This document shows, in pieces, positions 6,937 to 16,397 of a stretch of DNA of 64,000 bases. This DNA is from an uncultured Mediterraneibacter sp. GTDB taxonomy: Bacteria > Bacillota > Clostridia > Lachnospirales > Lachnospiraceae. Position 1 is the first letter of the stretch; each line of letters begins with the position of its first letter. The stretch spans positions 9,876-73,875 of the forward strand of contig CALWFV010000005.1 in assembly GCA_944377745.1 (NCBI GenBank), read 5' to 3'. The notes under the pieces were generated by a model. It ran no database searches. It was not told where the DNA came from and worked only from the letters and a program-made list of their open reading frames with translations. The translations under genes were made by a program, and so were the position numbers.

Positions 6937-7857
6937 ATGAGACATTTGATGAGTCCGCTGGATTTTTCAGTGGAAGAACTTGACGAACTGCTGGATCTGG
7001 CACAGGACATCGAGGCACATCCGGACAAATATGCCCATGCCTGCGACGGCAAAAAACTTGCCACGCTCTTCTATGAGCCGAGCACAAGGACACGTTTAAG
7101 TCATGAGGCGGCAATGCTGAACCTCGGAGGAAGCGTCATGGGATTCGCCTCTTCAGATTCAAGCTCCGCGTCAAAAGGTGAGAGTGTTGCGGATACGATC
7201 CGCGTCATCTCCTGCTATGCGGACATCTGCGCTATGAGACATCCCAAGGAAGGTGCTCCGATGGTCGCGGCTGAGCACGCCACCATTCCGGTGATCAACG
7301 CGGGAGACGGCGGACACGAACATCCTACCCAGACACTGACTGACCTGCTAACGATCCGTAATCTGAAAGGCCGTCTCAACAATATGACCATCGGTCTTTG
7401 CGGAGACCTGAAATTCGGGCGTACCGTCCATTCCCTGATCAACGCTCTCGTGAGGTATACAGGAATACGTTTTGTACTCATCTCACCGGAAGAACTGCGC
7501 CTCCCTGAATATGTACGTAATGATGTCCTCGACCGGAACAACATCCCATATGATGAGGTCGTGCGCCTTGAGGACGCACTGCCGGATCTTGACGTCCTCT
7601 ATATGACCAGAGTGCAGAAAGAGCGTTTCTTCAACGAAGAGGACTATGTGAGGATGAAAGATTTCTACATCCTGGATCATACAAAAATGAAACTGGCTCC
7701 GGATGATATGTATGTACTGCATCCGCTTCCGAGAGTCAATGAGATTTCCGTTGAAGTGGACAAGGACCCGAGAGCTGCATATTTCCGCCAGGCACAATAC
7801 GGCGTATATGTGCGTATGGCGCTCATTCTGACACTGCTCGACATCCGTGTGGATTAG
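6937..7857 (+). CDS. pyrB: Aspartate carbamoyltransferase catalytic subunit
   Basis: Motifs [13 protein letters not shown] and HPLPR, with a GAGGAGG RBS. Confidence 0.95.
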   Translation: MRHLMSPLDFSVEELDELLDLAQDIEAHPDKYAHACDGKKLATLFYEPSTRTRLSHEAAMLNLGGSVMGFASSDSSSASKGESVADTIRVISCYADICAMRHPKEGAPMVAAEHATIPVINAGDGGHEHPTQTLTDLLTIRNLKGRLNNMTIGLCGDLKFGRTVHSLINALVRYTGIRFVLISPEELRLPEYVRNDVLDRNNIPYDEVVRLEDALPDLDVLYMTRVQKERFFNEEDYVRMKDFYILDHTKMKLAPDDMYVLHPLPRVNEISVEVDKDPRAAYFRQAQYGVYVRMALILTLLDIRVD

Positions 7858-7933
7858 GATGCATGAGACCCATATAAGAAAAACTCCTGACTTCTGTCAG
7901 GGCACTGGATTCAATAAAGAGAGGGACAGACAA

Positions 7934-8377
7934 ATGGTAAAAAGTACACTGAACGTAGGAAGCATTTCGGAAGGTTTCGTGCTCGACCACATTGAAGCAG
8001 GCAGGAGCATGGATATCTATAAATATCTTCATCTTGACAAACTGGACTGCTGCGTCGCTATCATCAAAAATGCGAAGAGCAGCAAGATGGGCAGAAAAGA
8101 CATTATCAAGATCGAATGCCCCATCGATTTCATGGATCTCGACATACTAGGATTCATTGATCACAATATCACGATCAATATCATCGAGAATGAGAAAATC
8201 GTTGAAAAGAAAGAACTGAAGCTTCCCAAAGAGATCCGCAATGTGATCCACTGCAAGAACCCGAGATGCATCACATCCATTGAGCAGGGCCTGGATCAGG
8301 TCTTTGTTCTCACAGATGAGGAAAATCAGGTTTACAGATGCAAATACTGCGAAGAGAAATACCGCAGAAGAAGATAG
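7934..8377 (+). CDS. pyrI: Aspartate carbamoyltransferase regulatory subunit
   Basis: Start [21 protein letters not shown]-terminal zinc domain CKNPRC...CKYC. Lies directly after pyrB. Confidence 0.9.
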   Translation: MVKSTLNVGSISEGFVLDHIEAGRSMDIYKYLHLDKLDCCVAIIKNAKSSKMGRKDIIKIECPIDFMDLDILGFIDHNITINIIENEKIVEKKELKLPKEIRNVIHCKNPRCITSIEQGLDQVFVLTDEENQVYRCKYCEEKYRRRR

Positions 8378-8423
8378 CATTTCTTTTATCAAAGTACCGG
8401 ATAAGCGGTCAGGTTTTTCCATC

Positions 8424-8477
8424 AAAAAAGGCGCTTCCTGTGAAGGAACATGATCCTTCGCCGGAAGCGCCCTTTTC
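8424..8477. terminator. Bidirectional terminator between convergent pyrI and the DUF1810 gene
   Basis: AAAAAA, then GGCGCTTCC (8430-8438) ... GGAAGCGCC (8463-8471), then CTTTTC. Confidence 0.65.
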
Positions 8478-8488
8478 AGGTTCATCTA

Positions 8489-8929
8489 TTACACATCTGC
8501 ATTCTCTTCCCTCTGCCCTTCCAGGATCTTTAATGTGGCAGGATCTTTCTCACCCCGGAAGTATTTCTCCAGCACCTTCCCGAATACCTGGCGATGGGGA
8601 TCCGCCTCGGCAAACAGCGTCATTGACGACCGCAGTTTCAGGTCATCCGGCCATCCCATCACCTGCAGCGCATCATCCGTCTCCAGATGGAGAAGCGCTT
8701 CCGATATCTCTTCCAGCCTGCTTCCGAGGAGTTCATCATTCAGATAATCTCTGGCTTCCTTAAGATCGTGGATGGCATAGTACTGTGCCGTACTGCTTTT
8801 TCCCAGCCCTGCTATCTGAGGGAAGATATACCACATCCAATGGCTCTCTTTTCTTCCTCTCCGTATTTCGGCAAGCGCCGTCTTATAATCGTAGTTCTGC
8901 GCTTCATGAAACCGTTTTAAATCCGTCAC
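8489..8929 (-). CDS. DUF1810 family protein
   Basis: LKRFHEAQNYDYKTALAEIRRGRKESHWMWYIFPQIAGLG is the DUF1810 signature. GTG start with GAGGTGG 7 nt upstream. Confidence 0.8.
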   Translation of the reverse strand: MTDLKRFHEAQNYDYKTALAEIRRGRKESHWMWYIFPQIAGLGKSSTAQYYAIHDLKEARDYLNDELLGSRLEEISEALLHLETDDALQVMGWPDDLKLRSSMTLFAEADPHRQVFGKVLEKYFRGEKDPATLKILEGQREENADV

Positions 8930-9019
8930 TCTTCTTCCACCTCTCTATGTACCTGTGCCGATTATTTTATGAAAGATTTTATCCGGGTCTCCCCGGGGTC
9001 ATACAAAATAAAAAAACGT

Positions 9020-9427
9020 GTTAAGCAAGACGATAAGCCGGGTTATGTCGTTGGACGATCATCTGTCTAGGCGCGGCGTCGCCGCCGTGCTCGAGCGACC
9101 TACCTGAAGCGTGACGGGCAGCCACATTGCTTCTTTCCGGTCTTGCTTCGGATGGGGTTTACATGTGCCCTCGCTGTTACCAGAGAGGCGGTAGTCTCTT
9201 ACACTGCCTTTCCACCCTTACCCGGACAGATGCATATGGATAACCGGCACCTCTTTTGTCCCTGCCTGTTATCCATATGCATCTGTCCGGGCGGTTTATT
9301 TCTGTTGCACTGGCCTTGGAGTCGCCTCCACCGGACGTTATCCGGCATCCTGCCCTGTGAAGCCCGGACTTTCCTCGTCTGCTGCCTTTCGGCACATACA
9401 GCCGCGATCGTCTGTCTTACTTAACAC
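9020..9427 (-). ncRNA. rnpB: RNase P RNA, bacterial type A
   Basis: The reverse complement contains GAGGAAAGUCCGGGCUUCACAGGGCAGGAUGCCGGAUAACG, CCAGUGCAACAGAAA, GGUAAGGGUGGAAAGG, GUAAACCCCA and ACAUAACCCGGCUUAUCG. These are collinear with E. coli M1 RNA. P1 pairs GUUAAGUAAGACAG with CGUCUUGCUUAAC. Confidence 0.95.
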
Positions 9428-9435
9428 ATTTTTCA

Positions 9436-9464
9436 ATTATACTATCGGAATCAGAAACTGTCCA
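9436..9464 (-). promoter_or_regulatory. Sigma-A type promoter of rnpB
   Basis: On the minus strand, TGGACA-17 nt-TATAAT. The -10 ends ~8 nt before the predicted 5' end of P1. Confidence 0.6.
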
Positions 9465-9548
9465 GCTTTTTCTTCCATTCCGGACCTTCGGACCTTCGCC
9501 GGACTTTCCTTCATATCCGTGGTTAAAGTTCACAATGAACTCTCCCTG

Positions 9549-10022
9549 TCATATCCCCTCGTCAACGATCAGATCGTCTCCATCTGCCGCCGTCGTCGCG
9601 AGTTCATCACACCTCTCGTTCTGAGGATGTCCGTCATGTCCCTTCACCCAGTGGAAGGACACCTCATGGGGTTCTTTTGCCTTCAGGAGACGTTTCCACA
9701 GATCCACATTCTTCACCGGCTCATTCTTTCCCCGCCTCCATCCTTTACGGATCCATCCGTCCACCCAGTGCTGATTGAACGCGTTCACCACATACTGGGA
9801 ATCTGAATAGATCTCCACGGTACAGGGTCGGTTCAGTGCCTCCAGCCCGGCGATCACCGCCATCAGTTCCATCCGGTTGTTGGTAGTCTTCACATATCCC
9901 CGGGACATTTCCTTTACATGGAGCTGTCCCTTCGGATCCACATACTCCAAAACAGTCCCGTATCCTCCGGGGCCGTCCGGATTTCCTCTTGCCGCCCCGT
10001 CTGTATAGATCTTTACTAGCAT
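9549..10022 (-). CDS. rnhA: Ribonuclease HI
   Basis: [16 protein letters not shown]...NNRMEL...SDSQYV...[18 protein letters not shown], giving the DEDD catalytic pattern. Confidence 0.95.
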   Translation of the reverse strand: MLVKIYTDGAARGNPDGPGGYGTVLEYVDPKGQLHVKEMSRGYVKTTNNRMELMAVIAGLEALNRPCTVEIYSDSQYVVNAFNQHWVDGWIRKGWRRGKNEPVKNVDLWKRLLKAKEPHEVSFHWVKGHDGHPQNERCDELATTAADGDDLIVDEGI

Positions 10023-10043
10023 ATCGTTCCCTCTCTGTCTGAT

Positions 10044-10733
10044 TTACTTTTCCAGAAGAAAGGACTGTCCTTCCCTCTCGATCCTGACGATCCTGTCCTC
10101 ATAAGCATGGACACAATACTCCAGGGCAAGCCGGTCAAAGACTTCATAGTTCTCCCAGAAATGCATGGGGAATACACGTTTTGTATCCGTTCTTTTCATA
10201 AAGCAGTCAAGTCCCCGGCAGTACTGCTCGCCCAGTCTGGGGTCCACAGGAACAAAGGCAATGTCGATCTTCTCTCCCTGGAGTTTGTTGATCTCGGACT
10301 GATATGCCCGGCGCATCGCCGTATTATATTCCTCCGGCTCTCCCTCCCAGTGCCACCAGTTCAGATCACCTGCATGATAGATTGTCTTTCCACTGTATTT
10401 CACAAGGAACGCGACCCCCTCATCCGTAGAACGCAGAGTCCGGATCCTGCATCCCATCACTTCCCTCTCTTCATTCGGATTCACCGAAATGACGTCCTCT
10501 TCTTCTCTTACAGAAATGTCAGAGGAAATGAGAAAACAGATCTGCTCAAACTGTTCTCTCAGTGAGAACACCTCCCTGCGGTAATGATCATAATGACCGT
10601 GGCTTACGAACACGAACATTTTCTTTCCGGTATCCATCCGGGGAAGCTCTCCTTTATAATAGTCAAAGAGGAAAAAGGCGTCCTCCATCTCAAGAAGAAA
10701 TCCGCTGTGTCCAAGATATGTCACCTTCATCAT
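10044..10733 (-). CDS. MBL-fold metallo-hydrolase
   Basis: The HGHYDH metal-binding motif and the N-terminal YLGHSGF motif. Confidence 0.8.
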   Translation of the reverse strand: MMKVTYLGHSGFLLEMEDAFFLFDYYKGELPRMDTGKKMFVFVSHGHYDHYRREVFSLREQFEQICFLISSDISVREEEDVISVNPNEEREVMGCRIRTLRSTDEGVAFLVKYSGKTIYHAGDLNWWHWEGEPEEYNTAMRRAYQSEINKLQGEKIDIAFVPVDPRLGEQYCRGLDCFMKRTDTKRVFPMHFWENYEVFDRLALEYCVHAYEDRIVRIEREGQSFLLEK

Positions 10734-11194
10734 AAGCTCAATGCCTCCACTGCTTCCACTATTTCCGGAAGAATATATTCCATATCCTCTTTTGCCAGCT
10801 TTGCGCTCTCCGGAAGATTGATGATCAGCGTCCGGTTCCGAATCCCTGCTGCCGAACGATCCAGGATCACTTTTTTGGAATAGCGGATGTTGTATGCTCT
10901 GAGCGCCTCCGGGATTCCGGGAAGGATACGGTCCGCCGTTTCAAACAGCGCGTCCGGCGCACAGTCGGCAGGCCGATATCCCACCGAGCCGGTGGTCAGG
11001 ATCAGATCCACGGAGCCGCTGTCACAGAGCTGTCTTATCACAGAGGCAAGCACATCCTTCTCCTCCGGAAGCACGCCCGCCGCTTTCACCTCAAATCCGA
11101 TATGCTCCAGCATCCGTTTCAGTGCGGTCGCCGCAGCGCTTTCCGCTTTTGCCTTGTATGCCCCGGTATCAAGTGTAAATATTGCTGCTCTCAT
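10730..11194 (-). CDS. MogA/MoaB-family molybdopterin-binding domain protein (atypical motif)
   Basis: LILTTGSVGYRPADCAPDA and AAGIRNRTLIINLPES align with the MogA motifs. The start/stop overlaps the next gene by 4 nt. Confidence 0.7.
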   Translation of the reverse strand: MRAAIFTLDTGAYKAKAESAAATALKRMLEHIGFEVKAAGVLPEEKDVLASVIRQLCDSGSVDLILTTGSVGYRPADCAPDALFETADRILPGIPEALRAYNIRYSKKVILDRSAAGIRNRTLIINLPESAKLAKEDMEYILPEIVEAVEALSL

Positions 11195-11283
11195 CTTTAG
11201 TACCCCTTTCTGTTTATTTCACTGCCCCCTTTTCCCTTCCCCTTCGGAAAAGGGAGATATCTCCTCCGTCTGCCCTTTCGTTC

Positions 11284-12561
11284 CTATCCAAGGATTCTCC
11301 GCGCAGACTCATTTGCCTTTGCATAGATTTCTTCTCTGGAGCGGTCCAGGAAGAACTCGCCGTCCCTGTACAGGACTTTTCCGCCAACCATGGTCATCTT
11401 CACATTCTGCTTGCTTCCGCTGAACACAACGTTGCGCTCGATGTTCTGAATCGGCTGCATGTTGGGCTGCATCAGATCGATCATGATCAGATCTGCCTTC
11501 TTTCCTTCCGCAAGTGTATCGCACTCCGGAAGTCCCATTGCGTGCGCTCCGTTCACCGTCGCCATCTTCAGCACCTCCATTGCGGGAACTGCCTCCGGAT
11601 CGTCGCAGACCACCTTCTGAAGGCCTGTCACGAGGAACATCTCCCGGAACATGTCAAGGCAGTTGTTGCTGGCCGCTCCGTCCGTTCCGATGGCAACCGG
11701 GATGCCCATATCAAGATAGCGCTTCACCGGAGCGATGCCGCTTGCAAGCTTCAGGTTCGACGCCGCGTTTGTGACCACGTACAGTCCTCTTTTCTTAATG
11801 ATGTCAAAATCACTGTCGTCCATGTGAACGCCGTGGAAGAGACCTCCTCCGTAATTGAACAGCCCAAGGGAATCCATATACGCCACAGGGGTCATGCCTG
11901 TGCGGTTCCTGCAGTCTTCCACCTCTTTTTTCGTCTCGGAACAGTGGACATAGATGGGCGCTTTGTATTTTTCCGCAAGGGCGGCAAGCCCCTCCATCAG
12001 TTCCCGGCTTGTGGTGTACTCTGCATGGAATCCGAGCTGGAAGGAGATGAGTCTGTCCTTATCCTGATTATAGGTATGGTAATCCGCTTCTACTTCCTCC
12101 AGCGTCCCGCCGAAGTTGTTGATGCTCTCGCAGAACACGTTTCGGAATCCTGCCTCCTCCACTGCTCTTGCCCCTGCCGCTCGGTGCATGTACATGTCAA
12201 AGATGGAGGTAATCCCGCTGGTCAGATATTCCATAACAGCCAGTTTCGTCTGCCAGTAAACATCCTCGTCGGTGAGCTTCGCCTCTGCCGGGAACACACG
12301 GTCATTGAGCCATTCGTCCAGTTTCATGTCATCTGCATGGGAACGGAGAAAGGTCATCGCGGAATGAGTATGGGCATTTTTAAAGCCGGGAATGATCAGA
12401 TTTTTCTCCGCATCAATCTCCTCATCCCACTTTCTCTCTGAAGCGTCTTTTGCGGGACCAGCATAAGTGATCGTATCGCCCTCGGTCCACAGTTCTCCCT
12501 CAAAGATACTCCTGCCCTCTTCCATAGTCAGTATTCTTGCGTTGTATATTCTTGTGTTCAT
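11284..12561 (-). CDS. mtaD: Amidohydrolase, 5-methylthioadenosine/S-adenosylhomocysteine deaminase-like
   Basis: PGFKNAHTHSAMT metal-binding HxH motif. The length and the TDGAASNN motif are typical of MtaD-type deaminases. Confidence 0.8.
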   Translation of the reverse strand: MNTRIYNARILTMEEGRSIFEGELWTEGDTITYAGPAKDASERKWDEEIDAEKNLIIPGFKNAHTHSAMTFLRSHADDMKLDEWLNDRVFPAEAKLTDEDVYWQTKLAVMEYLTSGITSIFDMYMHRAAGARAVEEAGFRNVFCESINNFGGTLEEVEADYHTYNQDKDRLISFQLGFHAEYTTSRELMEGLAALAEKYKAPIYVHCSETKKEVEDCRNRTGMTPVAYMDSLGLFNYGGGLFHGVHMDDSDFDIIKKRGLYVVTNAASNLKLASGIAPVKRYLDMGIPVAIGTDGAASNNCLDMFREMFLVTGLQKVVCDDPEAVPAMEVLKMATVNGAHAMGLPECDTLAEGKKADLIMIDLMQPNMQPIQNIERNVVFSGSKQNVKMTMVGGKVLYRDGEFFLDRSREEIYAKANESARRILG

Positions 12562-12579
12562 CTTTCATTCCTTCCTTTC

Positions 12580-13401
12580 CTACATCTGTTCGATGATGCG
12601 GGTCACCAGACGCTCAAATTCACCGGAACGCTGATCCGCCACAGCCTGCACATCGAGGTGGCTGAGTTCCTCATCGGAAAGCCCGCTGGCCATGTTGGAC
12701 ACGCAGGAGATCCCGCATACGCGGATCCCTGCATGGCGCGCAGCGATCGCCTCGCATGCTGTGCTCATTCCCACAGCGTCCGCTCCAAGAGCGCCGTACA
12801 TTCTTACCTCCGCAGGGCTTTCAAAGTTCGGTCCCGTTGTCTGCAGATAGATTCCTTCCTGGAGTGTGATGTTCTCCGCCGCAGCGGTCCTACGGATCAG
12901 GTCCATCAGTTCCAGATCGTAGATATGGGTCATATCCGGGAAGCGATCCCCCAGCTCGGACACATTCTGTCCGATCAGCGGAGACGGGACAAAGCTGGAG
13001 ATCTGATCCGTGATCATCATGAAATCTCCCACGTGGAATTTCGGATTGATCCCGCCGGAGGCATTGGTCAGGAAGAGGATCTGGATACCCATCCGTTTCA
13101 TCAGCCGGGTCGGAAGCACCACTTCTTCCATGGAATACCCTTCATAATAGTGCACTCTTCCTTTCATCGCCACCACTGGCACTTCCCCGATATATCCGAG
13201 AAGGAACCTTCCGTCATGTCCCTCCACGGTCGAAACCGGAAATCCCGGGATATCTCCGTAGGGGATCTCTTTTTCCACCTTCATGTTCTTTGCATATCCG
13301 CCAAGGCCCGACCCCAGGATCAGACCCACACGGGGTTTAAAGTCAGTCACTGATCTATAATACTCATAACATTTTTCCAGACGTTTATACTGTGCGCTCA
13401 T
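12580..13401 (-). CDS. punA: Purine nucleoside phosphorylase (PNP family 2)
   Basis: Motifs GLILGSGLG, VEGHDGRF and NASGGINP. AGGAGG lies 5 nt before the ATG at 13401. Confidence 0.9.
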   Translation of the reverse strand: MSAQYKRLEKCYEYYRSVTDFKPRVGLILGSGLGGYAKNMKVEKEIPYGDIPGFPVSTVEGHDGRFLLGYIGEVPVVAMKGRVHYYEGYSMEEVVLPTRLMKRMGIQILFLTNASGGINPKFHVGDFMMITDQISSFVPSPLIGQNVSELGDRFPDMTHIYDLELMDLIRRTAAAENITLQEGIYLQTTGPNFESPAEVRMYGALGADAVGMSTACEAIAARHAGIRVCGISCVSNMASGLSDEELSHLDVQAVADQRSGEFERLVTRIIEQM

Positions 13402-13435
13402 AACTTCCTCCTTTATGTCTGCTGTCACCTACGCA

Positions 13436-13472
13436 GGAAGGCGCTTCTGCCCACTTCGCTGAAGCGCCTTCC
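13436..13472 (-). other. 12-bp perfect hairpin in the punA 5' leader (or helicase-gene terminator)
   Basis: GGAAGGCGCTTC (13436-13447) / GAAGCGCCTTCC (13461-13472). It lies between the predicted punA promoter and the RBS. There is no U-tract on the minus strand. Confidence 0.5.
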
Positions 13473-13498
13473 AATATAGATACATTTTTCCTACTGTG

Positions 13499-13527
13499 AT
13501 ACTAGCCTATTTTCCGCATCTTGTCAA
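13499..13527 (-). promoter_or_regulatory. Candidate sigma-A promoter for punA
   Basis: On the minus strand, TTGACA-17 nt-TAGTAT. Confidence 0.5.
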
Positions 13528-13574
13528 GGAACCGACCGACGGAGGTCAAAGTTTCCCAGACGCCGCAAGATTTC

Positions 13575-16286
13575 CTATTCCAGGGGACTCTTTGACTCCT
13601 TCACCCTCTTCTTCCTCTCCAGCAGCTTTTGGTTCGCGCTGGAGAAGGCTCTGGCTCTCCCTTCCAGAAGGATCCGCCTCCCTTCGGGATTCCGCGTATA
13701 TACAAGATGATATCTCCCGATCCAGGGCTCCATAGATTCCCGGAACAGTTCAGCCTTTTCCCTGGTCCCGGCAAACACGGAGGGAACACAGTAATATTCT
13801 GTTCTCCTTCCTCCCCGTCTCCCTCTGCACAGGAGATAGCGCTGGTTGTCCACCGGGGAAAGCAGCTCTGTGACTGCCTCCGCAAATACTGCCTTTTCCC
13901 GGTCTGTTCCGTCTTCCAGCCACGCCGCAAAGCGGACTCCTTTCTCTTCCGCTGTCTCCACACGGCATCGCTCTGTGACGGTCCCGGATTTTTTCAGAGC
14001 TGCAAGGACTCCCTTTGCCGCAGAGCGGAACTGTCTCATGGGAGTCAGCACATGGAGCAGTCTTCTCCCGCAAAGAAGCGTGACGAGTACGAACACTGCA
14101 GTAAAAACAAGAAAAATCCTGGTGTCCCACATTCCTCCAAAGAAACGGCGTACCCGGAACAGAAGATTCACTCCCTCCATAACAAAGGCAAGGAGCTGGG
14201 CGCCCAGCGTATTGACAAAGACTGCTCCCCTCCGGACAGCTTTCCGGTCCGCAGTACACTCATCCACCGTCACAGGATCTCCAGACAGGAGCAGTGCCTG
14301 CTGCCACTGTCCTGCCACTCCCGCCCGGTCCGCTGACCGCTTTGCCGTCTCCTCGTTGAGTCTGTCCACCATACTTCTTGTATAATCCGGTCTCACCGGA
14401 ATACCAAGGCGTTCGATCCCGTTTTCGATCACTGCTCCGTCAAAGCTCACTCCCAGAATTCCTTTCATCCGCCTCTCCAGCGTATCAAAGTCTTCTGAAA
14501 GTACCGGCTCCTCAAAGCCGGCGTTTCTTCTCTCCTGCTGTTCCCTTTTTCCCGGGATACAGACCAGGTGCCAGATGTTGCTGACTTTGTCCGGATGAGA
14601 TGGGTCTTTTCTCACAGCCCGTCCCCTCATCTGGTTTCCCAGTACAAAGGAGCCCACAAAACTGGCAAGAATCATAGAGTTAATGCAGGGAGAATCCCAT
14701 CCCTCCCCCAGCAGGGACCTTGTCCCGGTCAGGATCTGGATGTAACCTCTCTCAAAGATCCTTGTGACCACACCGGTATACCGGTTGATCTCTCCCCGGA
14801 TCACAACTTCACTGTATCCCAGCTCCCGCCCCTGTCTGTCCCTCAGCCTGCGAAACTCCGGCAGAGGGGAGACCCCGGCTCTTTCTGCCTCCTCGGTGAA
14901 TGCCTCCTCAGCGGACACAGGGATCAGGATCATGCTTCCGCACAGGACCCCGAGCCTCTGGCATGTTCCTCTCCTTCTGAGCAGTTCAAAGACCGGAAGG
15001 ACACCCATAATACCGATTTCTCTTTCCGGGTCCCCCAATGCAGTTTTCCACTCCTTTCTGACATAGTCTGTCAGAATGAGCATCCGCAGGTTTTCTCCAA
15101 GGGCGGTCTGCTCACAGGAGGCGATCTGCAGGATACTGTTAAGTTTTCCCCGGCTGTTGACGAGGAGCTTTTCCAGTTTCGGGTCCGTCTGCAAATGGAC
15201 CTGCTTCTTTTCACACAGTCCTCCGGACTTTAACTCCCGGAGCAGAGCATCCCTGTATTCTTCCAGACAGTAAAAGCTGTCCCTGTCATCGAAGAGGAAT
15301 CCCTGGAGAAACGCTTCCATCCATCTTAAGTTCATCTCCGGAAGCTGTCTCACACAGAGGACCCGGATCCATTTCTCCGGGAAAGGGATCCCCTGGGAAC
15401 GGCAGTAGATCAGAAGTCCGGAAAGATATGCAGGATTCTCCAGCATCCAGTCATGATATCCTTCATAATCCTGCAGAGCCGGGTGGGAAGCAGCCGCCTC
15501 CCGCAGAGACTGATCCTCCATCAGACGGCAGAACACGTCATATGCCCGGTCCTGAAATGCCCGGATCTGGCTCTCCTCCTCTTCGGACGGAAGGTTAAGC
15601 CAGACATAGTCCTGATGGGGACACAGGCTTCCCTCCCGCACCAGTTCCGGGATCGTGATCTCCGCGTCCACCGGTCCGCAGACCCGCATATACCGTTCCC
15701 ACTGGGTGGGCGTCGCGTCGTAGGGCGGCGTAGCGGTAAGGGAAATCACCGTCATACCCTGCATCTCCTCAAGAAAACTCTCCAATGCCTTCCACCACTC
15801 ATTTTTCAAATGATGGCACTCATCAAGGCAGATCACTTTCACTCCTGCCTTCTTCAGAATATCAGTAATGGAGAATCCCTGGAAATCCTCTTCCTCCTGC
15901 GCTGTCCCTTCTCCGTCGTCTGCAGTCCCCTTCATCCGCTTCATCCCGTGGTAGAGCGTCTGATAGGTCACGGAGGTGATCACTCCGGGTTCCTTAAGAT
16001 CTGCGGACAGGAAACCATCCCTCTCTTTTCCCTCTGCCAGAAAAGACTCCCGGATCCGTTCCAGCCACTGCTGGCGGATCACGATCCGGGGCGACAGGAT
16101 CAGACAGGGCGCCCCGGTCCTTCGGATCAGTTCGATCCCCAGAGTCGTCTTTCCCGCTCCCGGCGCCGCTACGATATGGATCTTTCCATCCTTAAGATAC
16201 TCTTCGGACTCTTTCAGCACTCTTGCCTGATATTCCCTCCATTTTCCATAAAATGAAAGGATTCCCTCATAACAGTCTGTCTTCAT
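13575..16286 (-). CDS. SF2 (DEAD/DEAH, SSL2/res-subunit-like) helicase with a large C-terminal extension
   Basis: Walker A AAPGAGKTT, motif II LDECHHL, motif III LTATPPY, motif VI QMRGRAVR. The ~330-aa C-terminal region contains two hydrophobic stretches. The start at 16286 has GGGAGG upstream; the alternative start is 16346. Confidence 0.8.
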   Translation of the reverse strand: MKTDCYEGILSFYGKWREYQARVLKESEEYLKDGKIHIVAAPGAGKTTLGIELIRRTGAPCLILSPRIVIRQQWLERIRESFLAEGKERDGFLSADLKEPGVITSVTYQTLYHGMKRMKGTADDGEGTAQEEEDFQGFSITDILKKAGVKVICLDECHHLKNEWWKALESFLEEMQGMTVISLTATPPYDATPTQWERYMRVCGPVDAEITIPELVREGSLCPHQDYVWLNLPSEEEESQIRAFQDRAYDVFCRLMEDQSLREAAASHPALQDYEGYHDWMLENPAYLSGLLIYCRSQGIPFPEKWIRVLCVRQLPEMNLRWMEAFLQGFLFDDRDSFYCLEEYRDALLRELKSGGLCEKKQVHLQTDPKLEKLLVNSRGKLNSILQIASCEQTALGENLRMLILTDYVRKEWKTALGDPEREIGIMGVLPVFELLRRRGTCQRLGVLCGSMILIPVSAEEAFTEEAERAGVSPLPEFRRLRDRQGRELGYSEVVIRGEINRYTGVVTRIFERGYIQILTGTRSLLGEGWDSPCINSMILASFVGSFVLGNQMRGRAVRKDPSHPDKVSNIWHLVCIPGKREQQERRNAGFEEPVLSEDFDTLERRMKGILGVSFDGAVIENGIERLGIPVRPDYTRSMVDRLNEETAKRSADRAGVAGQWQQALLLSGDPVTVDECTADRKAVRRGAVFVNTLGAQLLAFVMEGVNLLFRVRRFFGGMWDTRIFLVFTAVFVLVTLLCGRRLLHVLTPMRQFRSAAKGVLAALKKSGTVTERCRVETAEEKGVRFAAWLEDGTDREKAVFAEAVTELLSPVDNQRYLLCRGRRGGRRTEYYCVPSVFAGTREKAELFRESMEPWIGRYHLVYTRNPEGRRILLEGRARAFSSANQKLLERKKRVKESKSPLE

Positions 16287-16397
16287 CTTCTGTGCCTCCC
16301 ACTTTCTCCCTGCCCGATGGATTCGGTTCTTCTCTGCCGTTTCCATCCTTTGCAGGCCTTGTCAGATCTTATTATACTACGATCCCGGGCTCCTGTG

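Noticed and set aside
11182-12441. Long antisense ORFs opposite well-supported genes. Examples are 11182-12441, 44073-45233, 45143-46759, 52026-53411, 56577-58184, 62290-63747 and 37420-38259.
   Set aside because: Each lies fully inside a strongly supported gene on the other strand (mtaD, galM, ppk1, degV/UPF0210, polA, pyk, tmcAL). The translations are low-complexity and R/H/L-rich, and none has an SD. Such ORFs are an expected by-product of GC-rich codon usage.
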